DNA of 16,420 nucleotides from Verrucomicrobiota bacterium (GCA_022704145.1 JAKJGY010000084.1:1-16420), one strand, 5' to 3'. Counted from the stretch's first letter, positions 1 to 8,774 are shown. Numbers and translations are program-made. Notes: a model not told the origin generated them from the letters alone.

Positions 1-1537
1 GGCGGTGGAGACGAGCAGGCCCTTGTTCTCCTCGTCGCGGCTGTCGATCAAGGCCTGGCCGGGCGCGAGCGTGTCGAGCGCGAGCCAGAGGTCGACGCTG
101 AAGCCGGCGCGCAGGTCCATGCCGCGCTGGTCCTCGGACTTGGTGTCGCGGCGGTTGAGGGCAGGCAGACGAGGCATAGGCGCCTGCGCCGGGAGCTTGC
201 CCGTGAGATTGAGGATCCGGCCGTTGGTGGCGACGGAGCGGCTGTCCCACTGGGAGAAGAGGCCGGCCACGAGCGGGCGCGGGATCAGGTGGGTGCGGCC
301 CACGGTCTTCTGGGTCTCGGTGATGTAGACGTCGCCGCCGTCCTCGACGAGGTCGGGGTAGCTCATGCGGATGTAGGGGTCGTCGTCGTAGAGCAGGATC
401 TCGGGCTGGGACCACTCGAGGCGCTTGCCCTCGGGCGTGTCGATCTCGCGGCCGGCCATGAGCCAGGCGGGGTTGCGGTCGTCGTAGGGGCTGCGGCCGT
501 CCTTGCCGTTCGCGCCGAGGTCGCCGACGAAGCGTCCGCCGTGGTTGTGGAACCAGTAGAGGAACTGGCCGTTCGCGCACTTCCAGACGAAGTTGGCGGC
601 GCGCGGGTGTTTGACGCGGCGGCCGCCGGGCGCGTAGGTCTTGTAGGCCGGGGTGGTCCAGGAGCGCGCGCCGTCGCGGCTGTAGGCGACAGTCGGCCAG
701 CCGTCGATGGTACGGTAGACGCAGTAGAGCGAGCCGTCGCTGAGGCTGACGATGCTCTGCTCCTCGGCGACGCGGCCGCCGCCGGGCGGGGTGCGCAGGC
801 CGACGGTGCCCTCGGGCAGGGTCTCGAAGGTGATCTTGGCGGGGTCGCGCTCGGAGAGGAGGTTGGGGCTCTTGAGGAAGGCGCCCTCGGACTGCGCGAA
901 GAAGCCCGCGCCCATGGCACCGACCTTGTGGATCACGAGGATGGCGTCAGTGCCGTGGATGAGGGGCTTGCCCACGTTCCAGAAGAACTTCAGCTCGCCC
1001 TTATAGACGTTCTGAAGGTCGCAGTCAAAGGCGCGCATGGGTATCTCGTGGCGCTGCGAAGACCAAGTGCGGCCGTGGTCGTCCGTGTATTTGAAGACGT
1101 AGTGGCCGAGCGAGTCGACGCGCTTGTAGGCGCCGGTGTCCTCGCGCTTGACCTCCGGCACGCGGTCGGTGTTGTGGTTGTAGAAGGCGTAGACGCGGCC
1201 GTAGGGGGTTTTGAGCAGCACGACGTAGGAGGCCTCGGGGCCGTCGGCGGGCTCGATATCGACGGGCTTCTCCCAGGTGCGGCCCCTGTCGGTGCTGCGC
1301 ATGGAGACGATATGCTGGCCGCCCGCGCCCTCGTTGCCCTGGCCGGTGGTGATGGCGCAGAGCCAGGCGCCGTCGTCGGTCTTGACGATGTAGGGCTGGT
1401 CGGCGTAGTGCTCGTCGGGGATCACCCAGCCGTTGGAGAGGTGGCGCGGGTCGGGCACGGGGGCGGGGGGCGCGTCGGCGGCGGGGGTCAGGACGGGCAG
1501 CGCGAGGGCGAGGAGGGAGGCGAGGTTTTTTTTCATG
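1..1537 (-). CDS. Secreted BNR/Asp-box repeat glycoside hydrolase, sialidase-like. Partial; the C-terminus lies beyond the window start.
   Basis: Reverse-strand ATG at 1537-1535 with no stop before position 1 (my own translation; absent from the track because no stop falls in the window). N-terminus MKKNLASLLALALPVLTPAADA is a signal peptide. Three Asp-box motifs are present: STDRGRTW, TDDHGRTW, SRDGARSW. An AGGAGA RBS sits 6 nt upstream, and the start is 13 nt after the upstream gene's stop. Confidence 0.6.
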
Positions 1538-1549
1538 GGATTCTCCTAT

Positions 1550-4500
1550 TCAGAGCTGTGAGAAGCGGTCAAGGTGGTGCAACACGCGTTGGCGGGCCGT
1601 GTGGTAAGGCTGTGGGGTGTTGGCGTAGTCCGAGCGCACGTCTTGGTTATGGTAGTCTAGCACCATCACGCGGATGATGTCGCTGGCGATATCGCGGGCG
1701 GCTTCGGCGTCACGCTGGCGCAGCAGCGCGAGGAGGTCGAAATCCTCGATGCCCTGCTGGAAGGCGGCCATGCGCAGCGAGCCTGCGAGGCCCTGCGCGG
1801 TGGGGTAGAAGAGCCAGTTGTCGCCGGGCGGGTGGCCGGGGTCAATGGAACCGTTGGGGAGCGGGCCGATGCTGCCGGCGTAGGGGTTTGCGCCGCGGTA
1901 GGCGTTGGCGCCCCAGTTCAGGAGCCCGCTGGCGCGGCAGTGGTTCGCGACCCACGGCAGGGCGCGGCAGCGCCAGAGCGGCGTGTCCAGATGGCTGTTG
2001 GGGTGGGGCGGCCGCGGGGTGCAGGCGTAGTAGATCCAGTTCGGCCGGCCGGCTGCGGCGCGCCGGCCGAGGAGGTCGGGCCAGTCGCGCGAGTAGGCGT
2101 ATCCGTACCACCAGGCGGGGACGTCCACGGTCTCGGAGTAACCGTCAAAGGCGTGGTTCAGCGCCTCCAGGACTCGCGCTTCCGGCAGGTGGTGGCGGAA
2201 GGTTGCGGCCATGGCGCGGTATTCCGGAAGAGACTCCGCCTTGGGCTCGTCCCAGAGCGACTGGCAGTAGCGGTCGGCCCAGCCGCACGCGCGGAGGCGC
2301 TCGCGCAGAGCGGTGTAGAAGGCGGGTAGGAAGCGGTTCTGGTAGTCGTCGGCCGCAAGGCCCAGCGGCTGGGGCGCGCCGTTGCAGGGGGGCGCGAGGA
2401 AAACCGCGCGCGGGTTGCGCAGGTGTTGGCCCACGAGGTGGCGGAAACCGAGGCGCTCGGCCAGCGCGGCCCAACGGTCGAAGCGCGCGAAGTCGAAGGT
2501 CCAGCGGTCGGCGTCGGCCGGGTCGCGCGCGACCGGGATCAGCGGGTGTTCGCCCTGGACGAGCGGCGTGAGGAGGGCGGTGTCGCCGAAGTCGCGCAGG
2601 GTGCGGCACGAGGCTTCCAGCAGCGTCCAGTGGGCCTCGCTCCACCAGGGAGGCGGTGGGCCGTCGGTCAGGTTCTGCGGTTCGGGCCAGAGCCAATGCA
2701 GCACGTCGAAGGTCTGCTGTTCCGGCAGCGCGGTCCGGTAGACGCGCAGCGTGAAGGGCGTCTCGGCGGCGGGGCGGCCGTCCAGGGTGGCGCGGAGCAG
2801 GCCGCTGTAGAGGCCGGGCTGTGCGTCGCGCGCGATGTCGAGACGGACCGCAGCGGCGTAGACGGAGCGGCCGTCGAGCGTCAGGGAGGTCTCGTCCGTC
2901 AGCGCCTCATAGACGTCGAAGGGCGCGAGACGCACGAGCGCGCCGGCGACGTCCTTGGGCGGCGCGGCGCTGGCGCGCGTCTTGGCGCCGCCGCCGTAGT
3001 TGGCTTCGACGTGTACGGCGCGCAGCACCTGCGGGCGGGTGCTGCCCGCGAGGCGCGTGCCTGCCTCGGTAACGGGCGGTTCAACGGCGAAGGAGACCGC
3101 GCCGGCGGCCGGCGCGGCGCGCAGGGCAAAAGGGAGCAGGAGGCGGCCTCCGCGTGGGACGTGGGAGCAGGAGGGCGCGTCGCACGGGGCGCGGTCGGTG
3201 TAGATGCGGTCGAGCGGGTCGGCGGCGGTCAGGCGCAGGACGGTACCGTCGTCGAGCGCGGTCAGGAAGGCGTCGGGCGCGAGGGCTGCGGCGGTGAGGC
3301 GGATCTCGTCGAGCGTGCCGTTCCAGACGTTATCGGCGAGGAGCGGGGCGGCGGAAGTGCCCGCGAGGTTGGCGCCCAGGGCGAAGCGCTTGTCGTAGGT
3401 CGCGGCGTCGCCCAGGTCGCCCACTCCTGAGGCCTGGCCCGCGAGGCCGCCGTCGAGATAGAGGCGCATCGTACCCGAGGGGCCGGCGGCCGGATCCCAG
3501 ACAGCGGCCACGTGGTGGGTGAGTCCGTCGTCGTAGCGGGCGGGCGAGAGGACCTGGGCGGTCTGGCCGCTGTTGGCGGTGGCGAAGAAGCGGATCCGGC
3601 CGTTGATCATGATGACGCGCCAGCCGTGGTATTGCGAGAGGGCGGAGCGGGTGCCGCCGATCACCTCGTAGACGGTCTGCGTGCCGAGGGCGCTGTTGCG
3701 GAAGAAGGCCTCGAAGGTCCAGGCCTGGCCGCGCATGTCCAGCGCGGCGTCGTAGGCGCGGAGGGCGGCGCGGCTGCGCGCGAGACTGCCGGCGTTGAGC
3801 GGAGGGCGGCTGTCGTCGAGAAAGCGAGGGGCGCGGCGTTGTGCCACCTGCGGCGTGAGCGGTGGCGCGGCGGTGGCGGCGGCCGCCAGAGTGAGAGGGT
3901 ACGTGCCGGCGGCGTCGAGCAGGAAAGGCGCGCCGGTCGGCTCGTCGAGCTGCCAGAAGGCGAGGGTTTCGGGCGCGGGAGGCGCGAGGCCGAGGCTGCG
4001 GCGCAGCAGCGTGTCGGCGAGGCGCGCGCCGAGGGCGAGCTGTCCGGCGGCGTCGAAATGCACGGCGTCGGCGTTCACGCCCAGGCCTTCGGTGAAGACC
4101 GTGAAGACGTCGGGGAGCGCGCCGGCTGCGCCGGAATCCTGGTCCGCGTCGGCCTGAGCCTGGCGCACGGCGGCTGAGCCGGGGCGCGTCTGGTAGGGCA
4201 GGACGCGGGCCAGGGCAAACGGCAGGGCGGGCGCGTCGAACTGCTCGCGGACGCGGCGGACGAAGTGCGCGAGGTTGGTGCCGTACGCGGTGCCGGCTGT
4301 GGCGCTGGTGGCGTCGGCCTCGCCCTGCACCCAGAGCATGCCGGTCAGCACCGGGGTGTGGCCCTGTGCGCGCAGGGCGGCGAGGGCGTTGGTGACGGTC
4401 GCGGCGAAGGTCGCGAATTCGGTGCCGAAGGCGGCGCTGTCGGCGGGGCTGGCGCCGGGATGCCAGCTCGTGGTTTCGTAGGAGAGCGGCTCGGTTGTGA

Positions 4501-4870
4501 GCTTGGTGCCGCCGCGGGCGTGCTTGACGAGCGCGATGGTGTCGGTGGGAAAGGCTTCGGCGAGGCGGAAGGCGGCGGCCAGTTCCGGCCCGAAGTTCGT
4601 GGGGCTGACGCCGGCCGGGCCGAGCGGGTTCCAGCGGTTGGCGGGCAGGCCCGAGCGGACGGCGGGCGAGTGGTAGAGCCAGGCGCGGCTCTGGCCGAGC
4701 AGGTTGGTCGGGGCTTGGGCGGCCGCGCCCACGCCCTCCATGTTGGACTGGCCGGCGAGCAGGAAGACGCGGCAGGTCTCGGCAGCGGCGGGGCGCGCGA
4801 AGGCGAACGCGAGTGCGGCGCCGAGCAGCGGGAGCGGGGAGAAGCGGCGCGGCTGTTCGGGAGCGGTCAT
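1550..4870 (-). CDS. Secreted multidomain protein: N-terminal sialate O-acetylesterase-like SGNH domain (SASA/DUF303 family), central LamG/concanavalin-A-like domain, C-terminal DUF4091-like putative glycoside hydrolase domain.
   Basis: ORF 1550..4888 in the track (GTG start). I prefer the ATG at 4870 (MTAPEQPRRFSPLPLLGAALAFAFARPAAA, a signal peptide). LLAGQSNMEG is the hallmark GQSNM motif of the sialic-acid-specific acetylesterase family. The mid-region LDEIRLT is LamG-like. The C-terminal WDEP...NWIYYACTP...PGDNWLFYP...GIEDFDLL pattern is typical of DUF4091. Confidence 0.7.
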   Translation of the reverse strand: MTAPEQPRRFSPLPLLGAALAFAFARPAAAETCRVFLLAGQSNMEGVGAAAQAPTNLLGQSRAWLYHSPAVRSGLPANRWNPLGPAGVSPTNFGPELAAAFRLAEAFPTDTIALVKHARGGTKLTTEPLSYETTSWHPGASPADSAAFGTEFATFAATVTNALAALRAQGHTPVLTGMLWVQGEADATSATAGTAYGTNLAHFVRRVREQFDAPALPFALARVLPYQTRPGSAAVRQAQADADQDSGAAGALPDVFTVFTEGLGVNADAVHFDAAGQLALGARLADTLLRRSLGLAPPAPETLAFWQLDEPTGAPFLLDAAGTYPLTLAAAATAAPPLTPQVAQRRAPRFLDDSRPPLNAGSLARSRAALRAYDAALDMRGQAWTFEAFFRNSALGTQTVYEVIGGTRSALSQYHGWRVIMINGRIRFFATANSGQTAQVLSPARYDDGLTHHVAAVWDPAAGPSGTMRLYLDGGLAGQASGVGDLGDAATYDKRFALGANLAGTSAAPLLADNVWNGTLDEIRLTAAALAPDAFLTALDDGTVLRLTAADPLDRIYTDRAPCDAPSCSHVPRGGRLLLPFALRAAPAAGAVSFAVEPPVTEAGTRLAGSTRPQVLRAVHVEANYGGGAKTRASAAPPKDVAGALVRLAPFDVYEALTDETSLTLDGRSVYAAAVRLDIARDAQPGLYSGLLRATLDGRPAAETPFTLRVYRTALPEQQTFDVLHWLWPEPQNLTDGPPPPWWSEAHWTLLEASCRTLRDFGDTALLTPLVQGEHPLIPVARDPADADRWTFDFARFDRWAALAERLGFRHLVGQHLRNPRAVFLAPPCNGAPQPLGLAADDYQNRFLPAFYTALRERLRACGWADRYCQSLWDEPKAESLPEYRAMAATFRHHLPEARVLEALNHAFDGYSETVDVPAWWYGYAYSRDWPDLLGRRAAAGRPNWIYYACTPRPPHPNSHLDTPLWRCRALPWVANHCRASGLLNWGANAYRGANPYAGSIGPLPNGSIDPGHPPGDNWLFYPTAQGLAGSLRMAAFQQGIEDFDLLALLRQRDAEAARDIASDIIRVMVLDYHNQDVRSDYANTPQPYHTARQRVLHHLDRFSQL

Positions 4871-4917
4871 GTCGAATGGGTGCGGCACGGGTGGCGCCCG
4901 TGCCGCGCGGTTATCGG

Positions 4918-7233
4918 TTACTGCACAAGCATCAGCGTGCCGGTGGGCGTGGCCGTGACGGTCAGGCTGGCGGCGCTGCGGCGTTCGCCGTCGGAAGCGT
5001 CCAGCCGCAGCGTGTACACGCCGCTCCGCGTGAAGGTGACGGAGGTGGCGGGGTCGGAGGGGTCGGCGAAGTCGACGTGGGCGGGGTCGCCGGCGACGAC
5101 CGACCAGCCGGTGACGAGTGCTCCGCCTGCGGGCTGGCCGTCGTCTGCGGCCGTCGCGAGCGCGGAGACGGGCTGGCCGGTCTTGACGGTCATGGCGGTT
5201 TGGGCCTCGATCACGGGCGCGTGGTTGTTGTCCGGGTCGGCGGCGAGGCGGCGGATCTCCTCTTCGTTCAGGAAGCGTGAGTAGATGCGCAGCTCGTCGA
5301 GCACGCCGTCGAAGTTGCGGATGCCGCCAGTGGGCCCGTTGTTCGCGACTACGAAAGGCGTGGTGAAATCCACCGCGCCGGGGAAGGGGGTGGTGGTGGT
5401 GGGTTGGGTGGTGTAGGGGTTGGAGATCACCTTGGCGCCGTCGAGGTACATGACCTGTCGCGAGCCGCTGGCCGCGGGGCTGCCGTCGAAGAGGACGGCC
5501 GCGTGGAACCAGCGGTTGGAGGTTATGCCCGCATCTGGCCAGGTCCAGGTGTACTGGGTGGACCCCATCCCGGTCGCGCGCGAGGAGAGGTCGAACTTAC
5601 GGGTCGAGGGATTGTAGAGGATGTAGAAGTTGGGCCCGATGTTGTAGACCCGCTGGATGACGTTGCCGCTGGCGCGCTTGGTGTAGGCCTCGTCGTGGTA
5701 GAACCAGAAGGAGAAGGTCATGTTGGTCGAGTAGGTCGGGAAGGAGGAGCCGACGCCGACAGCGTCGATGCGCGGCGCGCGAAACGCGAGGCCGAGCTTG
5801 CCCGGCTGCAGGAGGGCCGCAAGGTTGAGCGAGAGGGTGATGGCGCCGGCGCTGTCGGTGGCCTTCTTGTCGGTGGGCTCGTCGTCCATCTTCCACCAGT
5901 GGATCAGGCCGTCGGCGAGGTCGCTGGCGGGGGCGGTGACGGCGACGGTGATCTCGTCGCTGTCGCTGGCCGCGCCGTCGTCGGCGGTCAGCCGCACCAC
6001 GTAGGTGCCGGAGGCCGAGAAGCTGGCGGCGGTGGCGTTGGTGAAGGGGTTGTCGAAGAAGACGGCGCCGGGACCGCTGACCTTGGACCAGCGCAGGCGC
6101 GCCGGGCCCGGGTTACCGTCGTCGGTGACCGTGGCGGCGAGCGGCGCGGAGGCGCCGAGCACGGTGCCGGTCGCGGCCCAGGAGGCGGTCACGTTCGGGG
6201 CGGCGTTACCGGCGGGCGCGCTGGCGAGGCGCTCGACCGAGACCTCGTCGGCCACGGCGCCCAGCTCGCTGAAGGCGGTCAGGCGGAAGATGTAGGAGCC
6301 GGGCTCGGGCAGGGTGACGGCGGTTTCGGGGACGTCCGGGAATTCGATGACGGGCGCGGCGCCGTCGGGTGCGGAGACCACGCTCCAGAGGGAGGTGGCC
6401 GAGAAAGCGCGGGTAAAGAGGTTGGTGGGGGCGAGACGGCCTTGGAGGCGCGTCGTGTCGCGGTAGACGGACTGGGCGCCGCCGGCGTCGACGGCGAGCG
6501 GCATATTCTGGTAGAGCGCGAAGACCTCATGGTCCGTCAGGGCGTCATTGTAGATGCGCACCTCGTCCAAGGCTCCGTTCATCGCACGCGTGCCGCCGTT
6601 GGCCGTATTGCCGAGAAAGCCGAAGCTAGCGCCGATGTTATCGGGGGAGTAGGACTTGGGCGTCTGCACGTCGACGCCGCAGCGGATGCCGTTCAGGTAG
6701 AAGACCGGCTGCGCGACCCAGTCGGTGGCGTTGGTGTAGGTCCGCCGCACCACGAGGGAGGCGTGCTGCCACCGGTTGGTCTCGAACTTGAAGGGGATCT
6801 GATCTGGCGTGTTCCACTCGGCTCGGGTAGGCGTAATTCCGAGGCCGATACCGAAGCGCCCTGGCGTATTGAACGCGAACTGATAATACAGGGTGTTGAA
6901 CTGGACGATCTTCGGATAGAGGTTGTTGGTGTACGAGTCGGGAACGTTGAACCAAACGGAGAGCGTGAAATTCGTCAGGTGGGTGCTGGCGTTGAAGCGT
7001 GCCCAGGCGTTGGTCGTGCCGTCGAAGTAGGCGGCCTTGCCGAAGCGGCCGTCCACCATTGTGACGCCGGAGCCGAGCGTACAATGTCGGCCGGAACCGG
7101 AGGCGTCGGAAAGGGTGGTGGCGCCCGGTGCCTCGTCCATGGGCCACCAGCCGATGAGGCGCGGTGCGGCGAAGGCGTGTAAGGAGGCGCAAGTAAGTGC
7201 CAGGCAGAGGACGCGAAGGACAGGTAGGTGCAT
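4918..7233 (-). CDS. Secreted protein with two LamG (concanavalin-A-like lectin/glucanase) domains and PKD/Ig-like domains.
   Basis: 771-aa ORF. Signal peptide MHLPVLRVLCLALTCASLHAFAAP. Two LamG signatures (LDEVRIYNDALTDHEV and LDELRIYSRFLNEEEI). Ig/PKD-like segments (YIFRLTAFSELG, TYVVRLTADDGAASDSDEITV, VYTLRLDASDGERR). GGAGG RBS 6 nt before the ATG at 7233. Confidence 0.7.
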   Translation of the reverse strand: MHLPVLRVLCLALTCASLHAFAAPRLIGWWPMDEAPGATTLSDASGSGRHCTLGSGVTMVDGRFGKAAYFDGTTNAWARFNASTHLTNFTLSVWFNVPDSYTNNLYPKIVQFNTLYYQFAFNTPGRFGIGLGITPTRAEWNTPDQIPFKFETNRWQHASLVVRRTYTNATDWVAQPVFYLNGIRCGVDVQTPKSYSPDNIGASFGFLGNTANGGTRAMNGALDEVRIYNDALTDHEVFALYQNMPLAVDAGGAQSVYRDTTRLQGRLAPTNLFTRAFSATSLWSVVSAPDGAAPVIEFPDVPETAVTLPEPGSYIFRLTAFSELGAVADEVSVERLASAPAGNAAPNVTASWAATGTVLGASAPLAATVTDDGNPGPARLRWSKVSGPGAVFFDNPFTNATAASFSASGTYVVRLTADDGAASDSDEITVAVTAPASDLADGLIHWWKMDDEPTDKKATDSAGAITLSLNLAALLQPGKLGLAFRAPRIDAVGVGSSFPTYSTNMTFSFWFYHDEAYTKRASGNVIQRVYNIGPNFYILYNPSTRKFDLSSRATGMGSTQYTWTWPDAGITSNRWFHAAVLFDGSPAASGSRQVMYLDGAKVISNPYTTQPTTTTPFPGAVDFTTPFVVANNGPTGGIRNFDGVLDELRIYSRFLNEEEIRRLAADPDNNHAPVIEAQTAMTVKTGQPVSALATAADDGQPAGGALVTGWSVVAGDPAHVDFADPSDPATSVTFTRSGVYTLRLDASDGERRSAASLTVTATPTGTLMLVQ

Positions 7234-7257
7234 GTCTAACCTCCAAAGTTACAGGAC

Positions 7258-7349
7258 GAGTATGGTATATCGATAAGGAGCCGTCAATCGGTCAGGCGTC
7301 CTGTTTGACAAAAAATCAGGTAGGTTGGTATATTAAAAACAGGAGCAGG
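7258..7349. promoter_or_regulatory. Divergent promoter region between the LamG operon and the GntR gene. Sigma70-like promoter for the GntR gene: TTGACA at 7305-7310, 18-nt spacer, TATATT at 7329-7334 with an upstream TGG (extended -10). Two TGGTATAT motifs (GGTATA at 7264-7269 and 7327-7332).
   Basis: Read directly from the sequence. The AGGAGCAGG RBS precedes the ATG at 7352. Confidence 0.45.
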
Positions 7350-7351
7350 TT

Positions 7352-8068
7352 ATGGCCAATTACAGTATGGCGCGGCAGGTCGATGCGGCGGCAGGGAACA
7401 CGATGTCGCGTCGGATTTACGATGTGTTAAAGGCGGATATCGAGACGGGGCGGCTGAAGCCAGGGGCGCGGCTGGTGCGAAAGGCGGTGGCGGGACGGCT
7501 AGGTGTGAGCACGATCCCTGTAATTGAGGCGTTTTACCGGCTGGAGATTGACGGTTACGTGGAGAACCTACCGCTGGTGGGCTGCCGCGTGCGGGCGCTG
7601 ACGGTGGAGGAGCTGGATGACGACCTGATGTTGCGCGAGGCCCTGGAGTGTCAGGCTGCGCGTCTGTGCGCGGGTCGATTGAGTGTGGAGGAGGGGGAGC
7701 GGCTGATGCGCAAGGCCCGGCAGGTGGACCGGTTCATCCGTGCCGACACGCCGGACGCGACGCTGGGGAACCAGGCACATTTCGAGTTCCATCTCGAGGT
7801 GGGGCGGCTGAGCGGGCGGCGGGTGTTCGGCGAGCTGCTCAAGAAGGTCTGGTTCCAGCGCTATATGAGCCTGAACAGCCTGAAGGCCATGCGTTTTCAG
7901 TCATTGCCGGACGGGTGGCACCAGATCTTAGTGCGGCGGCTCATGAAGGGTGATCCGGACGAGGCGGAGCGTGCCATGCGGGAGCATGTGCAGTTCGGGC
8001 GGCAGGACGACCGTAACGCGCTTGAGCTGTATCTTCGGGAGCGAGTCCGGCCGGGCCTGTCGCGCTGA
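7352..8068 (+). CDS. GntR-family transcriptional regulator, FadR subfamily (N-terminal HTH plus C-terminal FCD ligand-binding domain). NanR-like candidate regulator of the adjacent sialoglycan locus.
   Basis: 238-aa ORF. RIYDVLKADIETGRLKPGARLVRKAVAGRLGVSTIPVIEAFYRLEIDGYV matches a GntR HTH. The all-helical C-terminal domain is FCD-type. The gene is divergent from the glycan operon. Confidence 0.85.
   Translation: MANYSMARQVDAAAGNTMSRRIYDVLKADIETGRLKPGARLVRKAVAGRLGVSTIPVIEAFYRLEIDGYVENLPLVGCRVRALTVEELDDDLMLREALECQAARLCAGRLSVEEGERLMRKARQVDRFIRADTPDATLGNQAHFEFHLEVGRLSGRRVFGELLKKVWFQRYMSLNSLKAMRFQSLPDGWHQILVRRLMKGDPDEAERAMREHVQFGRQDDRNALELYLRERVRPGLSR
8049..8067. repeat. 19-bp exact direct repeat, copy 1 (GGCCGGGCCTGTCGCGCTG). 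It forms the last codons of the GntR gene.
   Basis: Identical 19-mer at 8889-8907, exactly 840 bp downstream. Confidence 0.8.
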
Positions 8069-8150
8069 GTGCGTCCGGGTGTGGCGCCGTCCGCGAGGAT
8101 TAAGGTTCGATTCGCAACGGTGGTGACGCCAATGGACAGGGGCGGGAGGG

Positions 8151-8179
8151 TTGTCAGCTAGGTCTTTTGCGGTTACAAT
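8151..8179 (+). promoter_or_regulatory. Sigma70-like promoter of the tandem-wHTH regulator: TTGTCA at 8151-8156, 17-nt spacer, TACAAT at 8174-8179. The -10 overlaps the 28-bp palindrome.
   Basis: Read directly from the sequence. The predicted transcription start falls inside the palindrome, the classic layout of an autorepressor operator. Confidence 0.5.
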
Positions 8180-8205
8180 TCCCACACCTCTGGAGGTGTG
8201 GGAAT
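8178..8205. repeat. Perfect 28-bp palindrome ATTCCCACACCTC-TG-GAGGTGTGGGAAT. It overlaps the RBS (GGAGG) and the start codon of the downstream regulator. Candidate operator.
   Basis: 13-bp arms are exact reverse complements. A second copy at 8775-8802 has the central dinucleotide flipped. Confidence 0.9.
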
Positions 8206-8770
8206 GAATAGTTATCATCCGACATTATGGCGGACGTGCCGGGCGCTGGCGAACGTGAAACGGCTCGGATGTCTGAAAGCGGTTCTGGCCGAGCCGGCTC
8301 TGACGGTCGGCGAAGTGGCCGGGCGCGTCGGCATCGCGGAGAACCATGTGAGCGAGTGTCTGCGGGCGCTGCAAGCGCGCGGGTTGATACAGGCGCGCCG
8401 TCACAGCCGCTGGGTGCAGTATGTCCCTGTTCCGGACCCGTTGGTGCCTTGCGCGAGACCTCTCCTGTCGGCGCTTCGGAGGGCGATGCTGAAGGAGAAC
8501 AGACCGGCAGCCGCGCTGGTAAGCGCACTGACCGCGTTTACGCATCCTCGGCGGATCGTGATCATGAGTTGTCTGCAGAAGCATCGCTCCATTTCTGCCG
8601 AAGCGCTGGCGCGGTTAACCGGAATTAGTGTGACGGCCTTGTATCGTCATCTGGGCAAGCTGAGCGCGCGCGGTCTCCTAGCTGCCGATCAAGAAACGTG
8701 GTGCGCGGTGACGGTCAGTGACCCGTTGCTGATGACGCTATTGGGTCTTCTTGATGTGAAGGAGGAATAG
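8204..8770 (+). CDS. Single-chain transcriptional regulator with two tandem ArsR/SmtB-like winged-helix domains.
   Basis: The track ORF is 8198..8770 (GTG start). I prefer the ATG at 8204, which has a GGAGG RBS at 8192-8196. N-terminal half: LANVKRLGCLKAVLAEPALTVGEVAGRVGIAENHVSECLRALQARGLIQARRHSRWVQY. C-terminal half: HPRRIVIMSCLQKHRSISAEALARLTGISVTALYRHLGKLSARGLL. Both fit the ArsR-type HTH pattern. Confidence 0.6.
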   Translation: MNSYHPTLWRTCRALANVKRLGCLKAVLAEPALTVGEVAGRVGIAENHVSECLRALQARGLIQARRHSRWVQYVPVPDPLVPCARPLLSALRRAMLKENRPAAALVSALTAFTHPRRIVIMSCLQKHRSISAEALARLTGISVTALYRHLGKLSARGLLAADQETWCAVTVSDPLLMTLLGLLDVKEE

Positions 8771-8774
8771 TCTG

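Noticed and set aside
289-7182. Long plus-strand ORFs (289..1677, 2423..3430, 3512..4177, 4265..5284, 5404..7182) overlapping the minus-strand glycan operon.
   Set aside because: Their translations are low-complexity and Ala/Gly/Val/Arg-rich, with no motifs. These are typical antisense shadow ORFs of high-GC DNA. The minus-strand frames carry signal peptides and recognisable domains.
8104-8118. GGTTCGATTCG resembles a tRNA T-loop, which raised the possibility of a tRNA gene (an integration hotspot) next to the 840-bp cassette.
   Set aside because: No complementary T-stem, acceptor stem or anticodon arm can be drawn around it.
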